Assembly (NCBI GenBank): GCA_030141605.1
Contig: JAQGDQ010000337.1
Coordinates: 193,693 to 257,692, forward strand
Reading direction: 5' to 3'
From: Tubiluchus corallicola
Taxonomy: Eukaryota; Animalia; Priapulida
Length of the DNA: 64,000 nucleotides
Shown here: positions 1 to 12,275 of the stretch, in pieces
How positions within the stretch are numbered: the first letter of the stretch is position 1
Layout of the letters: each line of letters opens with the position of its first letter
The notes under the pieces: model-generated
Seen by the model: the letters and a program-made list of their open reading frames with translations, nothing else
Database searches by the model: none
Told to the model about the DNA's origin: nothing
Translations under genes and position numbers: made by a program

Positions 1-867
1 GAATTCGCCGCTGGTGTCTGATCCACAGTGAAAGCAAATGACAAGATTAAGCAGCTTTTGGATTTTACAAGGACTATCAGTATTTTATCTTTAGCAGAGA
101 ACCACAATCTGCAGTGATTGATCTCAAAATCTCTGTGTTGGACGCTCTGCTCATGATCTTGAATGAATGACTTTTAGATGGTAGCACCATTTTGAAGCAC
201 GACAAGAATATACATTACAAAACCTATAAAGTATTTCTATTAATTATATAATAGGTTAAAAAGTTAATTGGCAGGAGCAATTTTCAACAGTACAAAACAA
301 GCGTGTTGCACAAAGTGAAAACTAAAGTACAGTGCTGCTGTCACTCTGCTCATGCATCAGGTTTTCAACGTGTGCTCTACGTCACAACTGAACACCTCTA
401 AACTGAGAAATACAGCACCTATTTTTGTGCAACGCGTTTCCGAGCCCCATTACAAGTCCATATTGCAACAAAGCACTATGGTAACATCTTTATTTCTAAA
501 CATACATAGATATGTATAAGTATGTCAAATCCCAAACATGCGCAGGTACACCAACTCCCAGCAATGCTGCATTTTCAAACAAGTCATAGCTTTGTAGGAA
601 TGTTGACTAGAATAAAGCATGACATTACCTAACTAACTAACATGGTAAATTTCATTATTTTGCTATTTCCTGTTGTAACCAAATGCACGTTGTGTTCACC
701 GGAAGCGGAAGATAATTTCAAATTTTGGAGCCCGTCAGAGACCGTTCAAAGCTGAGAGTTGGAGGAATCAGCTAGCCATTATCAGACGTTTAGTTATCTT
801 GCAGTTTTTATTGGACAAATTATCAGAGCTTTTAAGAGAGATGACCCCTATAAATTTGTAACAATGA

Positions 868-918
868 CGACAGTTAATGTGGCTACAATTTAGGACAGTT
901 AATGTGGCTACAATTTAG
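868..918. repeat. Tandem duplication of 25 bp
   Basis: GACAGTTAATGTGGCTACAATTTAG twice. Confidence 0.9.
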
Positions 919-1800
919 GTTGTAACTGCTGAGAACCACCATGTTGTTTTGCTATTCAAAATATTATTGAGCACAAATCTTATTCATTTCTTAATGAGAA
1001 TATGTTGTCAGGCGTTATCAACAAGGTCTAACATTCTTCAATCACCTTAGGGTCAGAATAGGTCATCTAGAGACAAAATAATTAAACATGGAGACAGCTT
1101 TTTCAAGTGCCAAGAAGAAAACAAACAACTAAGAGTGTGAAAGCTTAACCTATGTTTCTCACTACTCTCAGTCACGTAGGCCCAACCAACAATATTATTC
1201 CACTGAATCAACGTTTACCAACCAAAATAAAGATGTTGTCTTTGCTCAAAACCCAAACAACATCAGTGAGATAGCCAAAATTATTGCAGCTTGATTAAAT
1301 ACGCTCTTTTTAAAAGGCAATTTGATGTTTGGCCTGTTGCTTGACGACAGTTGTGACATTTTTCACAATATTAGTTTGTATATGACAGACTTGACAGCCT
1401 TGCCATTCTTAATCCCCTGACTTTAATTACGACAATAACAATAAACGACATTTATTGTGAGGTAACGGCGGTCATCATTATTGCTTATTGTTCAATAATG
1501 ATAGACACATGGTACAGTTACCAATGCCAGGTTAGATGATTGTTCCCTTGTTTGATGATTGGTAGTATCGGTTAGTATTACAGCTCACTGTTGTAGGCGA
1601 CAGTCAGTATCATTTTACTGATTACTTGGTGATGGCAATAATCATCACTGCTTATTGTTTAGTAACGCTAATCACATAACTGTACGTTGTTTCGCATTTG
1701 GTAGCACTCGTTAGTCAAATCGCAACTCGCAACAACACATCGTGCGGTAAATGAAAGCATAAACTTAGCATTACTACCAGTTGGTTCATAATGACAGTCA

Positions 1801-1838
1801 TTCATCATCATCATCATCACCATCACCATCACCATCAC
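1801..1838. repeat. (CAT)n/(CAC)n microsatellite
   Basis: catcatcatcatcatcaccatcaccatcaccatcac. Confidence 0.85.
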
Positions 1839-2059
1839 TGCTAAATGGCTCGAAATTGATAATCAAATTCACAGTTGTTTCTTAACTGCTTGATATGGAG
1901 TCAGCTTCATAACCAATTGCTGGTAAATTCGTAATGGCAGATCAGTATGGTGCAGACAGTCCATTAGTTATTGTTTGGTAATAAAAATGAAGATCAGTGC
2001 TAATTCCTTGGTAAAGAAAGACTGTGTACATCAGTGAACTATGAGTCAAAATAACTGAT

Positions 2060-2900
2060 CACTTCTTAGTAACTACAGTCAGCATCACTGGTCAGTCCTT
2101 AGTAATGATTGTCGATATCATCGGTCTGGCCTTGGCAATGACAGTCAGCACCATTGGTCAATTCTTGGTAAAATGACTGTCAATCATTGGTCAATCGTTG
2201 GCAATGACAAGTCAGCATCATTGGTCAATCTTTGGCAATGACAGTCAACATCACTGGTCAAATCATTGGTAATGACAGTCAGCATCACTGGTCAATCCTT
2301 GGCAATGACAGTCAAGATCACTGGTCAATCATTGGTAATGGCAGTCAACATCACTGGTCAATCCTTGGTAATGACTGTCAGTATCATTGGTCAATTCTTG
2401 GTAATGACTGTCAATATCATTGGTCTGGCCTTGGTAATGATGTCAGCAGCATCACTGGTCAATCCTTAGTATTCAGAGTCAATATCATTGGTGGGGGGTT
2501 TGGCGTTGGTAATGATAGTCAGCATCACTGGTCAATCCTTGGTAATGACAGTCAGCATCACTGGTCAATCCTTGGTAATGACAATCAGCATCACTGGTCA
2601 ATCCTTGGTAATGATTGTCAGTATCATATGTCAATCCTTGGCAATGACAGTCAGCATCACTGGTCAATCCTTGGTAATGGCAGTCAGCATCACTGGTCAA
2701 TCATTGGTAATGACTGTCAATATTATTGGTCAATCCTTGGCAATGACAGTCAGCATCACTGGTCAATCATTGGCAATGACAGTCAGCAACACTGGTCAAT
2801 CATTGGTAATAACAGTCACGGCCAGCATCATTGGTCATTGCTTGGTAATAATTGTCAAAATCACACATCAATGTTTTGGTAGCAGCAGGCAACAAAACTG
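2060..2900. repeat. 33-bp minisatellite, about 25 copies, with degenerate flanks out to about 1460 and 3060
   Basis: Unit CTTGGTAATGACAGTCAGCATCACTGGTCAATC; explains the 11-aa periodic ORFs. Confidence 0.95.
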
Positions 2901-4224
2901 CTGATCGTTCATTAATGACAATCGACGTCGCCCGTCGTTTAATAAGCAAAGTCACAATTTTGATTCATCTTTGCTTGGAGACAGTACTAAGTAGCTTATA
3001 TTTTAATAAATCACTGACTAGGCCAAACGGTAAAATATATTCTTGCAGTTGCAGATAAGTACACAGCATAAACAGGGAAATCAAAATCAGCCACTAACAG
3101 CGTAGCAAACATCTGCGTCAATCCCATCTGAATTAACAAATTACATTTACATCTAAATAGTATTAATGATTGCCACTGCTAAGCAATGAAACGTGAAGAA
3201 ATGATTTCATAAATAATGGAATAAATGAATGAATAAACGAAGTAACGAAAGAATAAATACGTGACCATAACGTAAATAATGCGTAGTTGGTGCATCAGTT
3301 AGCTACTTCACATTCAGGAAAGGTTCCCAGACCCACTTGCATCATTGTTCAAATTTGGTCACTCATTGGTTGGGGATTAAGGCAAAAACAACCGGAAACG
3401 GCGAAATTCGGAACTTAAAGGAAAGGCCAAGCCTTCTGGGAACTTAGACTTATTTCAATGTTCTTGAAAAATGTTCGAAAGATGCCTCGTTTAATTAGTA
3501 AAATCACTTTATAAAGTGGCAATTGTTTCACATTTGGGTGCTCCCGTTGAATGCCCATTCTTCCACCACTGACGTCGGCTGAAGAAAAGTAGCGCACTGT
3601 CAGTAAAATGTACAATAAGTTTTTACAGATAATTATAAAGCCAATTTTGCGACATTATGCATGAATCTGAAGGTGGTACAGAACTCTGAAATTTTTAACC
3701 AGAGCGCTTACGAAAATTTACGAAGTCCACCAAGTATGTCATAATTTTCAGGTGAATGGCGGTTACCAAAATTTCTATACAGCGGTAGTATAAAATAACT
3801 TTATGCTCTATGGACGGCTTTTTTACAAATTTCTTTGTTATATTTTTCTAAGTTTAAGTGACAACAATAAAATAAAACCAACATGCTAAATGACTTGTCT
3901 TTGCCTTTTTAATGCTTGTGACTTGATACTTATTTTATCTTTCCATACTCTCAGTTTTTTAACTTTACTCACTAACCTTGGTCAAATTCCCCTGTTAATA
4001 AGACCCCATTTGAAACTACTACATATGATAATCCCAATTACTGAATAATTGCATTGTTTTGTTTAGATTTTGGTATTCAACTTTATTATTTTTTTTGTTT
4101 CAGTTCTTTTTGGATAATTTGTATCATTTATACTGTTTTTATTTGTATATTTCTCTTATTTGTTTTTGTTTTTGTTATCTGCAGCATCACCATTAATTTT
4201 TAATATACTAATCTATTTATAAGA

Positions 4225-4363
4225 AAGGGCAGGAGACTAGATGACCCTATGGTCCTTCCCTGCTCTGCTTCATGATTATAATTACTTGATATTTAAAAAA
4301 CTTTTGACGTTAAACTAATTGGAGAAAATAATGTTCTATGTCTATGTCTATGTCTATGTCTAT
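4225..4363 (+). mobile_element. Probable L2/CR1-type retroposon 3' end: stem-loop plus (CTATGT)n tail
   Basis: GGGCAGGAGACTAG...GGTCCTTCCCTGCTC hairpin, then AAATAAT and a hexamer tail, after a T-rich UTR-like tract. Confidence 0.4.
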
Positions 4364-5979
4364 TTAAAAAGAGTGAAGTAATAGTTAATTAGTATTTTGT
4401 TGGTCAGTTTTAAAAGAGAAATTTCAGTATAGCTTGGTTGTTTAAAGAATGTTTAAGAATCGCAAGATGCAGACGACAGAGTCAGCAAATAACCGATGCA
4501 GATCAAATGAATATCAAGGGCAAAAGCGTTGAAGCACAGCCAGGGCCGACAAAAAGTTAAAATTATAATCATCATTTTCAAAAATATTTCTTCCTGTCTA
4601 AAAGCGCTTTGCAACGCGGTCACGTAGCCGCATGTATCACGTGACCGGCCACGTGACGTGACTCACTCGTTCCTCGTGACCTTTAACTCCATCATTTGTC
4701 AAGAAGTCCTGGGATGTACTTAGAAAGTTTATCGTCTAAAATCCCAAGGTACTCTAGTAGCTTTGCGCTTCAAAACAAACATCATCAGACTCTACTTCCT
4801 GCTAAGCTTGTGTAGTACCTTTAAATGTAAAGTAAAAACTTGTGCTTGCGCTTCGATACAGAAATTGCCCGCAAGTTTTTGTTAATGATGACTGAACCAT
4901 TTCAGTCCAATTAAAATGGCAAAAGAAAACATCCAAACGAGGACGAGGGCTGAAGGAAACCGAGACATGGAGTTTTTTGTTCGCTAGGTCACAGCGGGTG
5001 TGGCTGACTCTTTTAAAGGATAAAGCAACACGGCATTTTGTTTCCAAACCGTTACAGGTTTTTTGCCCGATCAAATAATAAAGTTTATACTGGCAACATG
5101 GCGTCGCTGAATCAGCCACACAGAAACGCCAGAGCACACTTCGCTCGTTTCCCAAGAGTTTGCTTAATATCATTCCATCGCGTTTAAAACTGTAAAGAAC
5201 ACATTTGTTGCTGCTTCAATTTGGCAAACTCGTAGCCGGAGCACTAAAATTCGCTTGTAATTCGGCAGATGGACCCGCTCAGATGAAGCAAAATCGCATT
5301 ATTTTCCTAAAGTGTTTTTCACAAACGAGTTTATAGCTTGAGAATCTGGTAAATTTTTTCCTTGATTTTACTTTATTAATCGAGTCCTTTTACTCGATTG
5401 GGGTTTGAGAAAGGTCTCACAGCACTAAAGGTGGTAATTCATTACCTGCTAATTAACTAATGGTTATAATATAAACACCACGAAATTATAATCACCAACT
5501 ATTTAAGAGCAGGAAACGTCGTTTAGGTTCAAAATTAATAAAGTAAATACTAAGTAATTGACAATTACGTGAGGCGCGCAAAAAAGCAAAACAGTTTTTA
5601 AAGATTTTTTTTACATAAAAGCTCAAAGCTCATATTTTTCTATGAGCTGAAAAGTGACATGTAAACAGCATCACATATTTGTCAAAGACCTGGATAACAC
5701 TAAATAAAGAAGCATGCCTAGCTATGGGTAAATCAATGACACACTGAGGAACTCAAGATGCCAAATTATCACATGTCAGGTCGAAAATTGAAGTGATTAT
5801 TTTTTCACTTATAACACATCCATTTGTATTATCTATAGACTATCTCTTCAAAACTTTTTATATATCCTGCAGACAAATGATGAAAATCCACATGAATATG
5901 AAACATTGTTGTCATCAATAAAATGAAATCACAACTAAAAAAGCACACACAGTTATCATAAAAAAATAAATAAACTGAC

Positions 5980-6159
5980 CTTTATAGAGTCGAAACAAGC
6001 CGTGACCCTGCCATTCTGAACCTCCACGTGTGGCGGTGGGTGCGCAAACTTGCACTCCGTGTCCGACCGTGTACACTTGTTTCTCTGAAACTCCCGACAC
6101 ACCTCTAGGGTGAGCCACCGTGAGTCCTTGACGTTTAAGAGATTGTTTACCATTGCCAT
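5980..6159 (-). CDS. mbl: Muscleblind (MBNL family) first coding exon: CCCH zinc finger 1 and start of zinc finger 2
   Basis: [60 protein letters not shown] is the characteristic MBNL N-terminus. Phase-0 donor AAG|GTCAGT at 5980/5979. No further coding exon was recognised in 1-5979, so the gene continues left of the window. Confidence 0.97.
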
Positions 6160-6458
6160 ATTTTGGTATTAATTAATTTATAGTTTAGAATGGTGATCAA
6201 CTGTAGGAAATACTGAGGTATCCTACTAAATGGACTGCCGATTGGCTGTAATGTCCTAAGCAGATTTCCGATTGGCTAGCAAGTATGTGTGAGCAGGCGA
6301 AGTGTTTGAACTTCACTGCTGTAGAGTCCAAACAAGTATACTTCATACAAGAATTCTGATGAGTTCCCCCAAGCAGCTCAAGTCAGAAGCTGATGTCTTG
6401 CAGAAGCGCCTTCTGTGGCCAGCAAGTAAGCAATGGTTTCTTGTAAGTCTTCCCAACA
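6160..6458 (-). other. mbl: 5' UTR part of the muscleblind start-codon exon
   Basis: Strong minus-strand acceptor TTCTATGCTTTTCTCTTGCAG| with AG at 6460-6459, giving a 479-nt exon 5980-6458. Confidence 0.75.
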
Positions 6459-8620
6459 CTGCAAGAGAAAAGCATAGAATAATCAATGTAAACGCACCTT
6501 TAGTTTAAGCCTATATTCAATAAAAACCATGAGAAATTATTGTGAACGCACCTTTAGAATATAAACCTTATAGACATCACAGGTCAGACACCCTTCATTT
6601 TCAACCAGGGAACTAATGGACAGTCACTATATAGCTCTTTGTTTACTTTAAAAATGTAAAAGTTCATCCACCTGACAAAATCAAATTTCAAACGGAAAAT
6701 TTTCAAAAACTGCTTGTCTGTGCCAACAGATTTGGAGCCACTAATGCGCCAGTACAAACACAGTCATTTTTAAAATTTTCTGTATGATCAATACAAGTGA
6801 GTAATGTTACTGAACTTGTACCAAAAAAAAACGCTTTGTATGAGTATAACAAATACTGCCTACTCTAATTCTACATTGCTTTATAAAATAAATTAGCATT
6901 ATGACAGATTTTGTTTCGAATTAAAAACAAAAGCCCATACAAGAATACTGGCTTGTTTCAATATCACAAATAGTTTATTGCAGTGAAGCATGATTCAGCA
7001 ATCCAACTTCCAAACTTCATCTATATGCTACCTTACGTTTTAGCAGACAACTAAAATCAAGAATAAGAAATTAATGATCATGCGGGGGGGGGGGGGTAGT
7101 ACGGGGTCCCCTACAACTGCCTTGCATGATGAATGTGAAAAAAACAATATCAGAGACATTAAAGTAGTCACTCGCCATTGACATTTTACATCAATTGAGC
7201 AAATATTTTTTAAATTTACAATTTTTTCGTGTTTCGAGTATGGGAGCAAAATTAAATTTCGCTAGAAATCTGTAAACTATGTTGTATAAATATAATCAAT
7301 TTACTAAATAACTTATCACCGAAGATAGTAATATCATAACGCATTTCAAGCTTTCATCAATTTACGACAAAAAAGAAAAGATTATTTGAATTTAAATTTC
7401 ATTTTAAAAACCCATACACGCACACACACAGACACACACATACATATATATGTATGTATAGATAAGTATGTATATGTACATACGTATGCATGTATACATT
7501 AAACTTATGAAAGGCAAAGACTGAGATATTCCAAGTTTCCACTACAGTATGCAGGCGCTAACAAAATCAATACAACAAATTCCAACATGGCACTAAATGT
7601 TACTTAAAATCTATCATGTTTCCATTTGCAAATGTAAAATGGAAGACAACACTTAATTTCTGTCGCCATGTTGTTCATTTATTAAGATAATAGTTGAAGA
7701 CTGTCGACGATAATTAATCGAAAAATTAATAAAACTGCGTTACTAACATCACGATTACAAATGTTAAACAGAAATGCCGAAATTTCCAACTGAATTTAAA
7801 ACGAATGCAAAAAATTGCGAAGGTACGAACCCGTTAAGCAGAGCAAGCTGTAGATTGTATTACATAAGATCAGCAGACATTATGCAAACATTTCACTGCA
7901 AGCCATCAAGCCATCAAGGATAGAGCAGAAGCGTTTAAACACGTACAAACGCTCTAGCAGCAAAGCAGAAATTGAGAAGCGAGAGCAAAGCGAGTTTTTT
8001 AATCAGTTCAATAAAGTAGAGCAGCGCCATGCGTCGGCCGGAGAAGGAAAGAGTTAAACCGTTGCTTCAGCAACCGGTATTGTTTGAACCTTAACATCAT
8101 TTCACATGCAATAAAATTTTAATGAAACAGATGCATAATGGACTAAACTTCTGAAAGTGATTTGTCTTTTCTAGCCTACAAATGAAATTAAGGGACAAAC
8201 AAGACAGCATCAATTACTAGTAACTGTTTGAAAACTAGTAATTATAACTGTTTAAGTTGAAAAACTTTTATACCAGGATTCAACACGAACGTATATACAA
8301 TGCGAAAAGATTAGGAAATACAACTCTTGATTTGAGGAATGATACATCGTGGGCAATGGCAGTGGGCAGGAATGCGTGGCGTCATCAGGTGAGGTCGTCA
8401 TCAAAAGCGCGTCGCTATTCATTTTACGTCGGATCTCCTTAGATACCTATTGCATTGCAACACTGGTCGCTGAGAAACAGGTGCAACCATGACATATTAA
8501 TTAATGAAACAATCACTCATTGTTCAACAATTTGCTGAACAGTAAGTTAAAATTAATAAATGCGAACGATAATGATGTGATTATAATGATGATAATAACA
8601 TGTGATTATGTTCTTCGTGT

Positions 8621-8683
8621 GGTCGCAATATGATGCAGGCTTCTGAAAAGGGGTCGCCGTCAACAAAAGGTTGGGAACCACTG
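8621..8683. mobile_element. hAT-Charlie-like MITE terminus (fragment)
   Basis: GGGGTCGCC...AAAAGGTTGGGAACCACTG. Confidence 0.6.
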
Positions 8684-9281
8684 TTTTAGAACGTAGAAGC
8701 ACATAGATGATGACGATGAAAGGAACAGAGTTTGATTTTCAGGCTAACAGCGTGGAACTTTAATATGCTACTGTATTTCCTGCTGCAAGTTATGACGTCA
8801 TTTGGTGCTAATTAAATATTAATTGTTGATAGCCTATTCTTTTACATACATTGACGTCCTGCAAGCTGGCATGTTGCATTCACTGGCCACCCTGGATGTT
8901 GCTTAACTTAGGCCGCGAAACACAAACTCGGCCATTCACAAGTTAATAGCAAAACGTCGCCCACTCACGAATTAACAAGAAACGATACGAGAAAATATTA
9001 TATTAATGACACAAAAATTTTATTTACTCAACTGATTAGAAAACAGGAAATGCATTTTGATTTCTGTTTAACTGTTAATCCCAAACTAAACGTCTTGCAC
9101 ATGTAGACAAAGGCGTGTTTTCACAACAAGTGTTTCCATCTATATTCCATTTATTAGATCAACAGATGTTGCTGCAATTTTAATCTTAACAATGCACAAA
9201 AATTTTCTGAAAACTAAAATAGAAGTTAGAATAATTGGCTAAAGTTTACAATTCCCATACCCAAGAAATTAGTACGTGAGG

Positions 9282-9340
9282 CGGATTAGGATAAAGATTA
9301 GAGTTAGGGTTGGGATTAGGGTTAGGGTTAGTGTTAGAGT
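9282..9340 (+). repeat. Degenerate (TTAGGG)n-like tract
   Basis: gagttagggttgggattagggttagggttagtgttagag. Confidence 0.65.
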
Positions 9341-11646
9341 ATTAAATTGTGTGTGGAATTGTATGTTTATGTTTATGTTTCTTCATGAAGTGGAAAAATT
9401 TCCAAAATCATTTTCAATGAAACTGACACTATCGCAACACAAAAATGCTTCTTTGATAAATCCTTGTTAAAAACCGTCCGTTTAACTCAGCTATCATAAA
9501 TTACAAAATATATTTAACCTTGATAAAATGAGAACGAAAAAAACGCTAGCGAGCATTAACTTTCTCTAAACGCTTGTTATTATAGCAGCACTTTTAGCGG
9601 TAATTAGTCAACTTGCTGGCGTGTTTGTGCAAGACATAAATATTTTCTTTGGACAAACAGAATTTTAACAAGTATTTTAAAAGTATTAAATTGTTAAAAC
9701 AGAATTCAAGTTAGCAATAACAACAGTATTAGGCTGAGACATTTTGCAGAGAACTTCAAAAATAACTCTAAGGTTCCGGCAAGGTTAAAATTATATGTTG
9801 ATTTTTGGCAGCACTAAAAAATTAGCTTGAAATGCAGACTAAACAAATACAAAACTACAAACCTAAGAAATGAAGTTACTCTTGTTCAAAGTTAATTTAG
9901 GCGCGCTATACAATTTTTTATTGATGTAAATGCGAAGTATCAGCTGAACGAAAGAGAAAATGTTGAGATACTGAACCAGTTCTGATAACGCAAAATCACA
10001 TTAGTTCAAAAATTAATTAATAATTTCCACTAACTTTGCTCTGTTGAAATAACTACATTATCTTCTACTGCACTGTACTATTAAATCACTAAACTAATTC
10101 AGAACTTATGGCATCAACTTTTTCTCAAATTAGCAAGTAACCACATCATGAACTCAAAACTTTTTTAATTCAATTTTAATAAATGACAATTAGCCTTTAA
10201 AGCCAATATGGACTAAATGAATGTGAATGATTGAATAAAGGAATAAATAATCAAGTACATAAATAAACAAGTCAAAAAATAAACAAATAAATAAATAAAG
10301 AAATAAATAAGTAAATAAATAAATAAATAATAAATAAAGGACAAAATTGAGCAACAAATGAGTTAGTGAATAAATATTCAAAAACAGAAAAATAATGGAG
10401 CACGCGTATGAGATGCATTAAAAGCACCATAAGAATAAACAAAACTAACTTTCCTGGTGAATGAGTGTTCGCGTGGAAATGAGAAACAATCGTGCACGAA
10501 CAAATGGAAGCCAGCAGAGAGAACTGAAACCGTTGGTTACCATGATTCAGTTTGTGAAGACGCAATAATGTTCAATGGCAACATCATTAAGTCAGACTGA
10601 CGCCAACAGAAATACCTTCAACATTTCCATGACAACTCGGGGATGGAAACGGACATGGCTGAATACAACAAAAGGAATTGGATTTTGCTTTCCAACTGAT
10701 TTACCAAGCAATTATTAGCCTCTGCCAACGGAGAATTTTCTACTTCTTATTTTGCAAAGTGAAGCTGTTTTTTTTACGGTGACAAACAGGAATGAATAAA
10801 ATCTCTAGTTGCTCGCAAGTAATCACGAGGGACTCATTTGTGGAAATAATACAATCCATGAATATCTTTTGTAACTGTAGTGACTTACTGACGTCATTTT
10901 GCTTTATTATCAAGGGTTAGTGATTCGCAGGAAGTGAGAAACGAGTCCCAGTAGTGCAAGAGGCAAAGTGTAAAATCCGCCCATTACCTTCGTAAATTTT
11001 TCTGCATTTTTAACACGAGACACTGCGGGCGCAATAAAATAAGCACAGTGTACATTGCCAAAAAGAAAACTTCAAATTTTTATTGTTTTTCATGTGTAAA
11101 CTTCTTGTGCTGATACCGCAAGTTAAACGTTTGACGGCAACGGAAGACGCGGGCCATACGGACGATTTGGCTGACGTTGTTTGTCCGGCGAGAATACTTC
11201 TGGTATTATAATTTCCACAATGGACTGTTTTTTATTGATTTTTCTTAGTTAACAAAGAACTCGCAACACGTTTCTTCCATTCCGAACCTTCGTCGCCTAA
11301 ATGACTCGCACATAGTACAATCGCACAATCCGTAGATATGCCCTAAAACAGACTAGACCATGCAACTAAGTAATCAACTTTCCGCCGCAACACATTTCCT
11401 AGAGAAAAACTGTGATAATGATATAATTTTCGTGAATACAGATTAGTTTTTAATGTGTTTTCATTAGAGAAATCAGTGATTCTCAGCAGCCACAAAGCTA
11501 CAACAGCTACTAAATCATCAAATGCGTTATAAACGCGCTACATTCCCATAACGCTCATCCTAATTATACCGCATATTATGATGCAGTGTCTATGTCATTT
11601 ATAGTAATCACGGGAGTTGTAAAAATTCTATAATAAATTGAGAAAT

Positions 11647-12275
11647 TCTAGATGAGAAGAGAATCAGCATTTTCACAGTTTCGTTCTGCGCAAGCGCAGT
11701 TGCTGTGGTGCATCATAGCAACGCGTCTTAACTACAACCGTCACGTGACATGTGTGTAGATGAGAAGAGAATAAGCATTTTCACAGTTTCGTAGTGCACA
11801 CGCGCAGTTGCTGTAGGTCAAGTTAAGTGTACCATAGCAACGCGTCTTAACTAGAACCGTCACGTGACGTGTGTGTAGATGAAACGGGAATAAGCATGTT
11901 CAGTTTCGTTGTGCGCACGCGCAGTTGCTGTAGGTCAAAGCTAAGTATACCACAGCAATAAATAATAACTACAACCGTCACGTGACATGTGTACAAAGCG
12001 ACATCGTCTGCCGCACCAGTTCAGAAACTTCAGTTGTTTTACGTGGAATTTACTTAATTATGCATTAGTCTGCGTGTAGTATGATTTACTAACACGATCT
12101 TGCTTGGGGAAAAGAAAAAAATGAACTAGGTATGGTCTATTAAAACTTTTACTACTACAAGAGCTTAGGCTGCGAGGCGTTGTCACGTGTACACAAATGC
12201 GTTTTGTCTAGTTCACTTAACCTTTGACCTTTTTTGCGATCATCACCAATCGCTGGAACTGCGAAAAGGCTTATT
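11647..12275. mobile_element. Unclassified TIR element (family A) with a triplicated left end
   Basis: Three ~110-120-bp left-end units starting AATAAGCATTTTCACAGTTTCG and one right end GAACTGCGAAAAGGCTTATT; homologous to 45579-46014. Confidence 0.8.

Noticed and set aside
4802-5173. 123-aa minus-strand ORF as an mbl exon
   Set aside because: No MBNL zinc-finger-2 continuation (expected G-R/K-C...CKYLHPP) and no recognisable similarity.
5915-6118. Alternative-frame ORF overlapping the mbl exon
   Set aside because: Starts at GTG, runs into the intron, and is a shadow of the real CDS.
10190-10565. Hydrophobic Phe/Ile/Tyr/Leu-rich ORFs
   Set aside because: Translation of a degenerate (AAAT)n tract.
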